Source: a virus | DNA: 64,000 nucleotides | Virus record (IMG/VR): IMGVR_UViG_3300027151_000002 | Span: 32,001 to 96,000 of that record | Reading direction: 5' to 3' (one strand) | Shown here: positions 20,111 through 30,209 of the stretch, piece by piece | Numbering within the stretch: position 1 is the stretch's first letter | Layout of the letters: each line of letters starts with the position of its first letter | Made by a program: the position numbers and the translations under genes | The notes under the pieces: model-generated | Database searches by the model: none | Told to the model about the DNA's origin: nothing | Seen by the model: the letters and a program-made list of their open reading frames with translations, nothing else

Positions 20111-22600
20111 ATGGCTAAATATCTCGTTTCTGGCTATACATTCTCGCCTGGCGTTGCTGGCTCTGGCAGTATTACGATTAGCGGTATTTTTCCGCTAGAG
20201 CAATTTTTGCTTGCTACAAATGTCACTGATAATGTAGTTATTTATCAATTCAATTCGCCGGCACGAGGCGGTAGTGTTAGCAGCGTTTCGGGAAATACGA
20301 CGCTATTCCTTAATGCTGACACTAGCGGCATGAACGCTGCAGATAAAGTGCAGCTTTTTGTTGATGATGGCGCAGATATTCAAGTGGAGATTGCTAATGC
20401 AAGCGTAGAGATTAGCAATGATAGCGGCAATCCAGTACCTGCAAGCATTGCAAGTTTACCATTACCGTCTGGAGCTGCGTCTGAAGCCACTGCGTCTGGC
20501 ATTAGAACTGCCATCGCTAGCGGCGTAAATGTTTACCCTGCGAATATTACTACTAAATTCAGGGAATCGTTTGAAAGCTTTTCTCCTGGAACTAATTGGA
20601 CTTTAACTACAGCTTCGGGGGACCTTGTTCAGCTAGATGGAAATGCAATGTCTGCGTCCTATCTAGTTATTTCTAAAGATCCTCTAGTCGCAGACGGAGA
20701 AACAGTTTTACAGGGAATCACTAACTATGACATGCCTTTAGAGGCTGCAGTTGGCTTAAGTATGTCCCAGCGAGTATTGGGACAAGAGCTGTCAGTAGAA
20801 ATTATTAGCACAGACGCAGGTCTCACCCCTCCTTCTGAATTAACCATTGCAAGTATTTCGCAATCAACTACCACTTTGACAGTTAATACGTCAGGCGCCC
20901 ATGGTCTTGTTCCTGGCAAGCGTATTGGTATTTATGGAGTGAGTGATAGTCGATTTAACTATCCGTCTTTAGTTGTTGCGACCATTCCTTCTACCACGCA
21001 GTTCACTTGCACTGCTGGACCTGGTGGTACCATTCCTTCTGTAACGGCAGGTCCATTTACTTCCGGTTTTGTTTACCAGCGCTCTGCATTGGGATATGCA
21101 AGGGATGGGATGTCGCAAATTTTTGAGAACGCTACTGCCACTAACTCATCTTTATACGTGCGCGCCAATAGTGGCGATGTTCTTCCTGGCGGTGCTGCGA
21201 ATGGTAACCATTCAACAACCGTCAACACGACTGTTGGAACACAAGGTATTAATGCTGCTTTCACTTACTCATGGTTTCCAGCCACTGAATTTAGATATAT
21301 TTTGCAGGCAGACAGGGCTCAGTATCAAGATGCTGCAGTTGACAGTATTGGTGCGTTGAATGCCAGGATATTTAGAACGCAGGTGGTTCCTGATTTTACA
21401 AAACAATATAAGCTGCGTTTTCGATTTACCAATAATAAAGGGCTTACTGTTCCAACTGCACAAATTGTTTCTGCAGTCAAAGCCGGCTCTACCACTGCCA
21501 CAATTACAACGTCAACAGCGCATGGTTTAACAACTGGTGATCAAATTGTCATCTATGGCATTCGTGATCAAACTAACTTCGCCAACTTGACTACTGCCAC
21601 TGCAGTTGCCTCCACCCCCACGTCCACTTCTTTCACCATTGCTTTTGGTGCTTCTGCCACTGCTACCAGTTATGGTGGCATGGTGGCGCGAGTGCAAGGC
21701 GGAAGCATTCCTGCCGCCTTTACAACTGTTGCCATTCAGTCTGCAGCCAACGATGGCACTGCATTAACTCTCGTTGGTAGCGGCAACTGGGCCGCTTCAG
21801 TTGGGGACTATGTGAATGTTTATAGCTGTAGAAACGATTCGACTGGTGCATCTTTAAATGTGGATGGCGTCTATAAAGTTGCAAACGTTGCTACTACGAC
21901 AATAACTTTACTTCCCATTGGAGGAACTGTTCTTCCTGCCACTTTTACCACTACAAATGCTGGCGGTACGATCATTAAACGTACAGACGCACGAATTGGC
22001 TTTGTTCGTATTTTTGATTATCTCCGTGAAAGAGTGGAGATTCAAGCTAATTCAACGCAAGCAGCTTCTGTTCCAGTACAGTTAACTCACCAAGCAAGCG
22101 TTAATGCGCTTAATACTGCAGGCTCTGCAGCGCACGATGCTGCGGTTGCTGGTAACCCTGTAAGGATTGCAGGACGTGCTCTCACTGCCAACTACGCAAA
22201 CGTTGCCACTGGCGATACGGCTGATCTAATCACCACTTTACAAGGTGCATTAATCACTCGTCCATATCAAATTCCTGAGCTTGAATGGTCCTACGCTGCA
22301 ACTAGTAGTGGCATTTCAAACACAGCAGACGTGGCATTAGCTGGCGCTGCCGGTGCTGGTTTAAGACGCTATCTCACTTCTTTGGCGGTTAAAAACGCGA
22401 ATGCTACGGTGACAGAAGCCGTAGTAAAGGATGGTAGTACTGTAATTTGGCGCGGACACCTCAGTGGAACCATGACATCAACAGATCAAATTGTTTTTAA
22501 TAATCCATTGAAAACGTCCGCTAATGCTGCTTTAAACTTTGCTTGTGTAGCCTCCGGCGCTCAAGTGTATGTCAATGCTCAAGGATATACTGCTCCATAA
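20111..22600 (+). CDS. large Thr/Ala-rich virion protein (829 aa)
   Basis: Two HGL..G..I.IYG repeats; VEISNDSGNPVP motif shared with the 60462 protein. Confidence 0.55.
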   Translation: MAKYLVSGYTFSPGVAGSGSITISGIFPLEQFLLATNVTDNVVIYQFNSPARGGSVSSVSGNTTLFLNADTSGMNAADKVQLFVDDGADIQVEIANASVEISNDSGNPVPASIASLPLPSGAASEATASGIRTAIASGVNVYPANITTKFRESFESFSPGTNWTLTTASGDLVQLDGNAMSASYLVISKDPLVADGETVLQGITNYDMPLEAAVGLSMSQRVLGQELSVEIISTDAGLTPPSELTIASISQSTTTLTVNTSGAHGLVPGKRIGIYGVSDSRFNYPSLVVATIPSTTQFTCTAGPGGTIPSVTAGPFTSGFVYQRSALGYARDGMSQIFENATATNSSLYVRANSGDVLPGGAANGNHSTTVNTTVGTQGINAAFTYSWFPATEFRYILQADRAQYQDAAVDSIGALNARIFRTQVVPDFTKQYKLRFRFTNNKGLTVPTAQIVSAVKAGSTTATITTSTAHGLTTGDQIVIYGIRDQTNFANLTTATAVASTPTSTSFTIAFGASATATSYGGMVARVQGGSIPAAFTTVAIQSAANDGTALTLVGSGNWAASVGDYVNVYSCRNDSTGASLNVDGVYKVANVATTTITLLPIGGTVLPATFTTTNAGGTIIKRTDARIGFVRIFDYLRERVEIQANSTQAASVPVQLTHQASVNALNTAGSAAHDAAVAGNPVRIAGRALTANYANVATGDTADLITTLQGALITRPYQIPELEWSYAATSSGISNTADVALAGAAGAGLRRYLTSLAVKNANATVTEAVVKDGSTVIWRGHLSGTMTSTDQIVFNNPLKTSANAALNFACVASGAQVYVNAQGYTAP

Positions 22601-22625
22601 TAGACTTAAATAAAGGGCTATTTTC

Positions 22626-23852
22626 ATGGGACAAGTAGTTAGAGGCGGTGACCAGTTTGAAACTGCAATTGCCGCCGATTATCGTGGTCAAATTATTCGT
22701 CGTGGTATTGACAGCGGAGAAGTGGATGCCTTTGCACGTAAGCGCGTAAGCCAGCCATATACGCTATTTGATTCCGTACTTCGTTACGACAAACGTAGTG
22801 ATGTGTGGAATGAAACCATCACTGGTTCTGCATCGTCTGTTCATGATGCGAATCAAAGCTCTATCAATATGACTGTCACCACCGCCTCTGGTGACAGCGT
22901 AATGAGGCGCACTCGGCGAAGGTTTCCTTATCAGCCAGGAAAGTCTTTGCTTTCCATTCAAAGCTTTGCTGGGTCAATGCCGGCGAGTGGTGTTATTCAG
23001 GAAGTGGGACTATTTGATGACAACAATGGAATCATTCTTCGTGCCAGTGGCACCACTCTTCAGCTAGTGGTAAGAGGAAAGTATTCTGGCGTTGTCACTG
23101 AAAACGTTATTAATCAGGATCAATGGAATATTGACACTGCTTCGTGGCTTGATTTTTCAAAGGCCAACATCTTTACCACTGATCTTGAATGGTTAGGGGC
23201 AGGACGGGCACGTTGTGGTTTTATTCTTGATGGCGAATATTATTATTGCCATGAATTCCTCCATGCAAATAATATTAGTAGCGTCTATATGACAGCGGCA
23301 GTATTGCCACAAACCTATCGCATTGCAAAATATGCAACAAGCGCTAGTGGCGCAACAATGAAGCAAATTTGCTCCACTGTTGCAAGCGAAGGCGGGTATC
23401 AACCCTATGGCGAAGTTTATGCAATTTCTCCTGCTCTTGGTTCAATTCCTAATATCACTGGTGAGCGTATCGTTGCCGGCATTCGCATGGCAAGTGGCCG
23501 CACTGATAATGTGATCATTCCAGTGAAAGTTGATTTAGTGACGGAGGATAATACCACGATTGAATGGAAGCTTCGTCGTAATCCAACCACTTCTGGCGTT
23601 ACTTGGACCGCTAGTGCCAATGGCAGGGGAAATGTGGAAACCACCTCTGCTGGCAGCATTGTTTCCGGCGGAACCACTGTTAATGCTGGTCTTTACTACA
23701 GCGCTGGTTCAGTGGAAATCGATGTGCAAGATGGGCTTAGCCTTTCCTTGGGCGTCAATGGAAGCGGAGTTAGCGATGAACTGTTCCTTACAGTGACAAG
23801 CTCTGGCAACGCTAAAGCAACTGGCATGTTGGGCTGGATTGAAACGCTATAG
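22626..23852 (+). CDS. beta-rich virion protein
   Basis: DAFARKRVSQPYTLFD and DLEWLGAGR motifs; end of the structural cluster. Confidence 0.55.
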   Translation: MGQVVRGGDQFETAIAADYRGQIIRRGIDSGEVDAFARKRVSQPYTLFDSVLRYDKRSDVWNETITGSASSVHDANQSSINMTVTTASGDSVMRRTRRRFPYQPGKSLLSIQSFAGSMPASGVIQEVGLFDDNNGIILRASGTTLQLVVRGKYSGVVTENVINQDQWNIDTASWLDFSKANIFTTDLEWLGAGRARCGFILDGEYYYCHEFLHANNISSVYMTAAVLPQTYRIAKYATSASGATMKQICSTVASEGGYQPYGEVYAISPALGSIPNITGERIVAGIRMASGRTDNVIIPVKVDLVTEDNTTIEWKLRRNPTTSGVTWTASANGRGNVETTSAGSIVSGGTTVNAGLYYSAGSVEIDVQDGLSLSLGVNGSGVSDELFLTVTSSGNAKATGMLGWIETL

Positions 23853-23873
23853 AAGCTATGCTGGGGCAGCACC

Positions 23874-24095
23874 ATGCTACCCCTTTCCATGGCTTTTCCT
23901 TTCGTTGCAGAAGGCGAGTGGTACAAGCAACAGACGGAGCATCTTTCGGACATTCTTGCTGAGCTACTGACAGACGATGATCCAGCAATGGCCTGTAAGG
24001 CACTGAGCGAAACCATCGCTTCTTGGGAGGACTACCACGAGAAGGAGCTTGCTAAATGGAAGCGCCTCAGGGTGCTTCTGGGCTTAAGTAATTAA
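23874..24095 (+). CDS. hypothetical protein
   Basis: 73-aa helical ORF preceded by a TATGCT box. Confidence 0.5.
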   Translation: MLPLSMAFPFVAEGEWYKQQTEHLSDILAELLTDDDPAMACKALSETIASWEDYHEKELAKWKRLRVLLGLSN

Positions 24096-25036
24096 CCTTC
24101 TTGATAGACGCTAATAAAGACAGTGCCGGTTTTGGTGAGCGGAAGGATTTTGTCGCGCAAGTCAATGTTGTGACAACGCACGCAACCATGAGTGGGGACT
24201 AATGGCTGCTTGGGAGCCCATGCTCCCGGCCAACCATTTGCGCTTCCGCCACCATGCACCATAATTCCAGCCCTACCATTGCCGGCTTCTTGATTTTCTA
24301 GTTCGACCATGTCAAAGCTGTACCAGCCGTAAGCCATGAGGGTGCGATCATAAGCAGGCTTGTCGCCCACTTTCTCATAGTCTTTGTAAATGGCACCAAT
24401 TTTATAGATCCCTGGAGGAGTGTCTGAATTTGTAATCTTCCATTCAAAATCACTATATTGTCCACGAGCAAGACAAGGGATTTCCCATAAGAGCTTCCCT
24501 TCAAATGAGAAAGCCTTCATGGTTTCCACTGCATCGTTCACAATTAAATGTGAATCGCCTTTCTTAAAGCCAAAATCTTGCGGACGTTTCTTGGGGCCAA
24601 TCATAGTAAAAGCAGTGCTCTCAGGAGCATATTCCTTCATGAGCTTAGACAGTTTTGCGGGGTAATCGGGATCCGTGGCATACGATTGCTCCTTGAGCAT
24701 ACGCGCCGCTGCATAGCGATTAGGGGCATTATTGATGCCCTTAAAGTGACGATAGTCTTTATACCATCGCGTGATTAAATATTCAATGCAAGCAGCAAGA
24801 CTAGGGAAATCAATAAAACCAGCTTTAATGGTCACCCATTGACCGTCATACCATTCTTGCGTAGAAGTGGTGGTGCCACTTCCTTTTAGGCCTAGATAAT
24901 TATGCTTTCCAGAAGTATGATTCCCAAAGCCACTTTCTAGGCAGCATTGTGCAGCTACCAGCTCTGGATATCGAGCGCCATATTTACGAGCAATTTGGAA
25001 GCATTCATCCCAGAATGCTCGATTTGACGGCCACAT
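24092..25036 (-). CDS. endolysin: GH73 glucosaminidase + YkuD L,D-transpeptidase-like domain
   Basis: AAQCCLESGFG...NYLGLK...YATDPDY (GH73); TPPGIY...GIMVHGG...THGCVR (YkuD). Confidence 0.8.
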   Translation of the reverse strand: MWPSNRAFWDECFQIARKYGARYPELVAAQCCLESGFGNHTSGKHNYLGLKGSGTTTSTQEWYDGQWVTIKAGFIDFPSLAACIEYLITRWYKDYRHFKGINNAPNRYAAARMLKEQSYATDPDYPAKLSKLMKEYAPESTAFTMIGPKKRPQDFGFKKGDSHLIVNDAVETMKAFSFEGKLLWEIPCLARGQYSDFEWKITNSDTPPGIYKIGAIYKDYEKVGDKPAYDRTLMAYGWYSFDMVELENQEAGNGRAGIMVHGGGSANGWPGAWAPKQPLVPTHGCVRCHNIDLRDKILPLTKTGTVFISVYQEG

Positions 25037-25040
25037 GGCC

Positions 25041-25184
25041 TCAGCCCTTCACGCGAAAAATAGTCTTCAAGCCTTCAAGAAGAAGCTGAAGAACGTTATT
25101 GCTTTTCCAAGGGGAACGATCAAGAATTTGGTCGGCGGCGGCAATAATGATGCCACCAATAACAAACCATTCTGCGCCGCTCAT
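25041..25184 (-). CDS. holin-like small membrane protein (47 aa, not in the ORF track)
   Basis: MSGAEWFVIGGIIIAAADQILDRSPWKSNNVLQLLLEGLKTIFRVKG directly upstream of the lysin; resembles the 62912 protein. Confidence 0.6.
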   Translation of the reverse strand: MSGAEWFVIGGIIIAAADQILDRSPWKSNNVLQLLLEGLKTIFRVKG

Positions 25185-25214
25185 GATGAACAATGCAAGG
25201 AAGATATAAATACG

Positions 25215-25433
25215 CTAGCGCTTAATTTCTAAACTGCGCACTCTAGTTTCAATGTCGCTCATCTTATCTGTGAGCACGCTTAGCTTCTCGGTGATGCTTT
25301 CAATTTGCACTGCCACTCTTGCTTGCTGAGTGCCCACTGCAATAAGCATGGCGCCTGTTGACAGCAACATGCCAGCCGTGATGGTGGCTACAAAATTTGC
25401 AAGGCCGTCCTTGAAACTGTCCATAGCCATCAA
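25215..25433 (-). CDS. membrane-anchored coiled-coil lysis-cassette protein
   Basis: N-terminal hydrophobic helix then coiled coil ending RVRSLEIKR. Confidence 0.55.
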   Translation of the reverse strand: MMAMDSFKDGLANFVATITAGMLLSTGAMLIAVGTQQARVAVQIESITEKLSVLTDKMSDIETRVRSLEIKR

Positions 25434-25510
25434 TCAATACGCCTATTCTATACAAAATTCACGAGGCATTATTTAGCGTTAAACTATGGTCAAGACAATT
25501 TAATAGTGCC

Positions 25511-25993
25511 ATGCCAAGAGCGAATGGTCCTGATGAGCTGCTTTATTCTCTCATTGAACTTCGCCCTGGAGATGCAAAACGTAGATTTCGTAAGAGTATT
25601 TTTGAAGATTATTTTCTGAGGGGACCATTTGGGCAGTGTGCCTGTGCATATTGCGGGGAATGGAAAGAAAAGCTTACGATTGACCACATTGTTCCCAAGA
25701 GCAAAGGAGGCCCGCATTTCAGCCGTTGGAACATGCTTCCCGCATGCAAAAGCTGTAATCTTCGTAAAGGAAACCTTCCAATGCTGGAATGGTGGCGAGT
25801 GCAACCATTCTGGACCGAGAAGCGAGAGGAGATTGTGATGGCATGGGTGTATTGCAATAGCTTTGTTAGCGCCCACACTGACCAGAAGGAGCTTGAAGCA
25901 TGGTGCGAGAAGAAAGGGATTGTGCTGCCGATGCACCAAACAATTGAGCATGAAAAAGCCCCCTTATGGGGGCTTTGTTGCAATGCTGCTTAG
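25511..25993 (+). CDS. HNH endonuclease
   Basis: CAYCG...[12 protein letters not shown]...N...[10 protein letters not shown]. Confidence 0.9.
   Translation: MPRANGPDELLYSLIELRPGDAKRRFRKSIFEDYFLRGPFGQCACAYCGEWKEKLTIDHIVPKSKGGPHFSRWNMLPACKSCNLRKGNLPMLEWWRVQPFWTEKREEIVMAWVYCNSFVSAHTDQKELEAWCEKKGIVLPMHQTIEHEKAPLWGLCCNAA
25953..25976 (-). terminator. intrinsic terminator for the leftward operon (possibly bidirectional)
   Basis: AAAAAGCCCCC-TTAT-GGGGGCTTT just past the stop of 25990-26358. Confidence 0.6.
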
Positions 25994-26358
25994 TTTTCAA
26001 TGGGAGCAAAAGTGATTTGCTTTCCGGGAAGATCGTAGCGAATGCCAGGAACCGGCTGAACCGAGCCAGGCATTGGACAGAATCCTCCTTCGCATTGTTG
26101 GGAAGCATTCTCAAGAGCCTCAACTGCTTCTTGCTGTGGCTCGTTTTCCATATTAAAAATGAGAAGATCAAGATACCAACTGGCTTTCTTCAAATCTTCC
26201 AGGCCATTTTTTTCTTCATAGCGCCAAACGTATTTCATTACATTCCCTTTCAGGAATCCACGAAATTCGTCTTGGTCCATTGAAGCTTCAATAGCCTCAA
26301 TACATTCAATGCCGCCATTCTTGGCATAATGACGGGGATGATTCACGGCGTCAGTCAT
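25990..26358 (-). CDS. DUF3310 family protein
   Basis: DAVNHPRHY...IECIEAI...[27 protein letters not shown]. Confidence 0.85.
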   Translation of the reverse strand: MTDAVNHPRHYAKNGGIECIEAIEASMDQDEFRGFLKGNVMKYVWRYEEKNGLEDLKKASWYLDLLIFNMENEPQQEAVEALENASQQCEGGFCPMPGSVQPVPGIRYDLPGKQITFAPIEN

Positions 26359-27071
26359 TAGAAAGAAGATTGGTGAAGATCAAAAGCCTCAAAGGCTTCT
26401 TTGAACAATGGACGGGCAAGGGAAGACAAGGCCTGAGCATAAGCCTGGATTTCTCCTTGGCTATCAGCCTTGTCCCGCAGAGAGATGAAATGCAAGAGAG
26501 CCTGAAGGCTGCAAGTCCAGGTGAAGGACGTATAGGTGGACATTGGCATGATGCCTCGTGCCTGCTCCTTGCTCACTCCTAGCGTCAGCAACGCCTTGTA
26601 AGCCTGCTTGGACTGCTCAAGGGCCTTGGCATATTCAATCATGGCCACTTGGTTCATGCTTGGCTCCAGAGGGCCGCTAGAGGCCTGTTTGTTGCTGGGG
26701 CTTTGCTGGCGGAATTCACGAGGCATGTAATAGGCCTCTTCATCAGCTTCGCAGTAGCGAAAGCTTTTCTCGTTCCAACCAAGCGTGTCATTGGCAAACG
26801 TACCACCAATAACATGCTTCCACCATTGCCGACAAACGAACAGCGGAGCCTTCACTTGCCATTTGGTGACAACGCCACGAAATGGACTGGTGTGTTGGTG
26901 CTTGACGAGATAATTAAGAAGCTTCTGGTCCTTTTCGGACCATTCGCTGCTGGTCTGATCAAAGCTCTGCCGAGCGTCGCAAACAATATCAAGAGAGCTT
27001 CCCATCCAATCAATGAGACGCACCATGCTGATGCCATCCATCAGCGGATCGATTTTTTCAGCAATAGCCAT
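26358..27071 (-). CDS. thyX: FAD-dependent thymidylate synthase
   Basis: HTSPF, RQWWKH, WNEKSFRY, EQARG, HFISLR...Q.EI motifs. Confidence 0.9.
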   Translation of the reverse strand: MAIAEKIDPLMDGISMVRLIDWMGSSLDIVCDARQSFDQTSSEWSEKDQKLLNYLVKHQHTSPFRGVVTKWQVKAPLFVCRQWWKHVIGGTFANDTLGWNEKSFRYCEADEEAYYMPREFRQQSPSNKQASSGPLEPSMNQVAMIEYAKALEQSKQAYKALLTLGVSKEQARGIMPMSTYTSFTWTCSLQALLHFISLRDKADSQGEIQAYAQALSSLARPLFKEAFEAFDLHQSSF

Positions 27072-27375
27072 GGATTAAAGCGAGAGGCCTGAGCCGTTGC
27101 AGACTGATTGTAGGAGCAATGTTCGTAGCCGAATGCCACCGTACTCGTGCCTTACGAGATCTTCCGCTTTCATCAAAGCCTTCAATGGTGCCAACAACGG
27201 AAGAGGGCATCCACCCTGCTGCCGTACGTTGTACGTACACCACATGCTGTCCTGGAAGCCATTCATGGTTGCGAGGAGTGCGAGGGAGTTTGTAAGGACG
27301 GTAGCCCGTCCCGCATTTTACGGCATCCTTCCCATCGTCCACCAGATAAACAAACTGCTTGCCAAATCGCTGCAT
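27058..27375 (-). CDS. hypothetical protein (SH3/KOW-like beta pattern)
   Basis: 105-aa ORF overlapping the thyX start. Confidence 0.5.
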   Translation of the reverse strand: MQRFGKQFVYLVDDGKDAVKCGTGYRPYKLPRTPRNHEWLPGQHVVYVQRTAAGWMPSSVVGTIEGFDESGRSRKARVRWHSATNIAPTISLQRLRPLALIHGYC

Positions 27376-27405
27376 GGCTAGGCTAAACGAAACAATGCAA
27401 GGACA

Positions 27406-27780
27406 ATGAGCACTTTCTCTATTCCCGTTGGCCTAAAATACAATGGTCAAGATTGTATTGGCGTTATGGGGCCTTTTGAACGGAGCATGGAGCGGGACTT
27501 CGCTCTCGTTGCGAATAAGAAGGCACTGAGTGAATGCAATGACATTGACAAGCTGCGTGAAGTGGCTTGCACGATGATGGAAGGCTGGAGCAATATGCAA
27601 GAAGCCGTCACTGCATTGGTCAAGGAGAATCTTGAGCTGCGGCAAGCTATGCAGCTCCAAGAGCGTGATTTACAAGCTGCTGATGAGCTGCTTGGTGAAG
27701 CTGCTGATGCAGTTAAGCGCTTCGCAGAAAAGCAGCAATCCGCTCAAGCCAAAAAGTTTCCTTGGCCGTTTGGGTGGTAA
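27406..27780 (+). CDS. helical protein with an NblA-like segment
   Basis: SMERDFAL...ALSECNDIDKLREVACTMMEGW helix-hairpin pattern; own TAGGCT box; opposite strand to its neighbours. Confidence 0.35.
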   Translation: MSTFSIPVGLKYNGQDCIGVMGPFERSMERDFALVANKKALSECNDIDKLREVACTMMEGWSNMQEAVTALVKENLELRQAMQLQERDLQAADELLGEAADAVKRFAEKQQSAQAKKFPWPFGW

Positions 27781-28075
27781 GAAGGAAGATCTTCCAGCCA
27801 CCCATCGTTGCCAAATTGAATTTGCGAGCATCACGCTCGTAGCCTGAGCCAGTTACGTGACGGCCACGATTGAACGTGCCGCCTTGTATTTCAATGAGAG
27901 AACGTGAGGGCAGATGAGCGAAGTCTGCCCTGTAACGCTTTGAACGCTTGCTTTTGGCATAGCGCTCTTGAAAATCAGCTTCCCACGTTTCTACGTCGCT
28001 GTATTCCCTAATCAATGGAAGATCTGGGAAATGAGCCTGCCATAGCCCGAGGAATTGATCTTCAAGAGCGCTCAC
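27713..28075 (-). CDS. PD-(D/E)XK endonuclease (Vsr/DUF559-like)
   Basis: RYRADFA...IEIQGG...GRH...GY.RD..KFN.A...GW. Confidence 0.75.
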   Translation of the reverse strand: MSALEDQFLGLWQAHFPDLPLIREYSDVETWEADFQERYAKSKRSKRYRADFAHLPSRSLIEIQGGTFNRGRHVTGSGYERDARKFNLATMGGWKIFLLTTQTAKETFWLERIAAFLRSA

Positions 28076-28078
28076 AAG

Positions 28079-28666
28079 CTATACGGCAGCAAACGTTACG
28101 TTAGCGCCTTGGTTTTGATACTTGCCATTTCCATAGTCACTTCGTGAGTCTTCATTGAGACGGACGAACATGACTTGCACGATGCCTTCGTTGGCATAGA
28201 TGCGAACGGGAAAAGCCAGGGGATTAACAATACAAATAGTGAGATGGCCAGACCAGCCAGGCTCAATTGGCGTAACGTTAATGATCGTACCTTGTCGAGC
28301 ATACGTTGATTTGCCGTCCGTCAGTCCCATAATGTTAGACGGCATTGTCAGGAGTTCCACACTCACGCCAAGAGCGCAGGAGAACGGCGGAAGGACAAAG
28401 AACGTGGAGCCATTCTCTTCAATTGGTTCAGCCTCGTACACCAGCTCCTTATTAAAAGCCTTTACGTCTAGCACTTCATCCGTGATGTGGGAATCATTGA
28501 TGACCATGAACCCCTTAGGGGATAAACGGAGGTCATACCCTGCATGACTTAAACCGTATGAGAGGGCTTTTGTGCCATTGGGCAGCTCTCTGGTTTTCTC
28601 TGCGACGAAAGGAAAAATAATATCATTTTCAGCAAGAACGCTGATTTCCTTGTCATTAAGAAGCAT
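28079..28666 (-). CDS. dcd: dCTP deaminase
   Basis: SYGLS.AGYDLRL, GKSTYARQG, TPIEPGWSG, YANEGIVQ, GKYQNQ. Confidence 0.92.
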   Translation of the reverse strand: MLLNDKEISVLAENDIIFPFVAEKTRELPNGTKALSYGLSHAGYDLRLSPKGFMVINDSHITDEVLDVKAFNKELVYEAEPIEENGSTFFVLPPFSCALGVSVELLTMPSNIMGLTDGKSTYARQGTIINVTPIEPGWSGHLTICIVNPLAFPVRIYANEGIVQVMFVRLNEDSRSDYGNGKYQNQGANVTFAAV

Positions 28667-28674
28667 GGTTCTGG

Positions 28675-28702
28675 AAAAAGAAAAGGGGCTCTTAAGAGCC
28701 CC
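28675..28702 (-). terminator. intrinsic terminator after the SSB-like gene
   Basis: GGGGCTC-TTAA-GAGCCCC with an A tract on its left. Confidence 0.65.
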
Positions 28703-28734
28703 GTTGTCAAGAAAAGAAAAGCTTCAAGAAGCGA

Positions 28735-29013
28735 TCAAAACGGATCGTCAGAGCCGCCAGAAAAGCTTTGCTTGGAGCCACTGCCGTTGTCCCACATCGA
28801 AGCATAAGCCTTGGGGCTCTCTGTCATTTCAGGCACTGTCACCAGACCCTTGAAATGAGGGGCAGTATCTTTATCGCGCTTGTCGTTGTTCCACAATGCA
28901 AAACGCAGCTTGTAGTTGCCATTTGCATTAGTCCCGGCCTTTTTCATGGCATTGAGAATGTCGGGAGTAAGATCAAGCGATCCAGAAAAAGAAGGAAGAT
29001 TGCCAGCGGGCAT
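28735..29013 (-). CDS. single-stranded DNA-binding protein-like
   Basis: NDKRDKDTAPHFKG...ASMW and C-terminal DDPF; next to exonuclease and recombinase. Confidence 0.55.
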   Translation of the reverse strand: MPAGNLPSFSGSLDLTPDILNAMKKAGTNANGNYKLRFALWNNDKRDKDTAPHFKGLVTVPEMTESPKAYASMWDNGSGSKQSFSGGSDDPF

Positions 29014-29060
29014 TGAGTGTTCCTCTGCGGAGTGTAGTAGGCCCTGGAAGGGGCATCAGA

Positions 29061-29088
29061 AGCATAGCGCCATAAACAGGGGAGTCAA
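29061..29088 (-). promoter_or_regulatory. sigma70-type promoter
   Basis: Minus strand TTGACT-N16-TATGCT upstream of the SSB-like gene. Confidence 0.55.
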
Positions 29089-29885
29089 GCTCCACGGTCC
29101 ATAGAAATTGTTAAGGGGCGCCCGCCTGGGTAGTGATCAAAGAAGAACTGCTGCACCTTCTGCACCATGATGCCTGCCTGCATAGCAAGCTCTGCTGCCG
29201 AAAGACTTACGATTTGCGCTTCCTGGCCGTTACCAGTGTCGGGATCGTAAATAGCAATGGCGCAATGTGCTTCATTGACTTCGATGTCATACATCTGTTC
29301 AATGGCTTGCACGTAGGCACCAAGCTGCATGCGGTAATCGGCCAGTTGAGTGTCAGGCTTTTCCTTGTAGCTCGTCTTCCAATCAAGCAAGGCATACGCC
29401 CCGCTGTTCATCTTGGCGAGCATATCGAACGTGCCTGAATAGCCAATTTCTTGCGCAGGATCGTACCAGGCAATGGCGCTTTCAACGAGCAGCGGACTAT
29501 CCACTCGCTCAAGAAAGCCAACAATGCTTTCAAAGTAGGGGACGTAATTCTCGTGCGAATCGAGGTGGGTTTGAATGTCTTCACCATTCCAGAGGTCTTC
29601 TAGAACACCGTGAAGCCAATTGCCTCGATCCACAGCATTACGAGTGCGACGATTAGCTTCTTCATCGCCCACTTTCCTGCGCCAATTCATGAGCGCTGCA
29701 ATCTTGCCAGGCGATGAACACGCGCTCGCAATAGTCGTCACAGAGGGCAAAACACACCCTGCGGGAACATTGGGAAAATCGTCGCAAACGTAATAGCGCT
29801 TCTTGTTCAGTTGGAGCCTGTTGGGTTCGTAGCGGGGAAACGCTGGCATTTGAAGGGCTGCAAGGCATAGATCGTAACAAGCCAC
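29085..29885 (-). CDS. PD-(D/E)XK exonuclease
   Basis: PSVTTI, NWR..VG.EEA, RG..LH, YSGTFD...LLDWKTS...QL.AY; start may be the ATG at 29849. Confidence 0.85.
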   Translation of the reverse strand: MACYDLCLAALQMPAFPRYEPNRLQLNKKRYYVCDDFPNVPAGCVLPSVTTIASACSSPGKIAALMNWRRKVGDEEANRRTRNAVDRGNWLHGVLEDLWNGEDIQTHLDSHENYVPYFESIVGFLERVDSPLLVESAIAWYDPAQEIGYSGTFDMLAKMNSGAYALLDWKTSYKEKPDTQLADYRMQLGAYVQAIEQMYDIEVNEAHCAIAIYDPDTGNGQEAQIVSLSAAELAMQAGIMVQKVQQFFFDHYPGGRPLTISMDRGA

Positions 29886-29888
29886 TTG

Positions 29889-30209
29889 TCATTTTTCATT
29901 CATGTCCCAGAAGTAGTCGCAGCCCTCTTCATCGCATGGAGGCGCAGCGAAATAGCTCTGCCAGCGATCCGCAGGCGCCATGTAACGCCAGCAATTTTCT
30001 TTAACAGGGCATTCACCCCCCGTGCACATCGCAATGTCAGGCATGAGAATAGTGCGAGCAGTTTGATAAAGGAATCGCTTATCAGCCAAAGGATGATTAG
30101 CAACGGCCTCAAGAACAGCAGCAATGCGACGATCACTGCTAAGCGTGTCTTCAGGAAAGCTCCAGAACGCTTCATGACAAGCATCAATTAGAGAGCGATG
30201 ATTTTGCAC
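29889..30209 (-). CDS. hypothetical protein with a Cys-rich C-terminal domain
   Basis: DIAMC.G..CPVKE.C.RY...QSYF...C..FW. Confidence 0.55.
   Translation of the reverse strand: MQNHRSLIDACHEAFWSFPEDTLSSDRRIAAVLEAVANHPLADKRFLYQTARTILMPDIAMCTGGECPVKENCWRYMAPADRWQSYFAAPPCDEEGCDYFWDMNEK

Noticed and set aside
20947-20961. TAGTCGATTTAACTA, another TAG-N9-CTA match
   Set aside because: Different codon phase and not at an evident module boundary; shows that background matches occur, so the motif claim needs statistics
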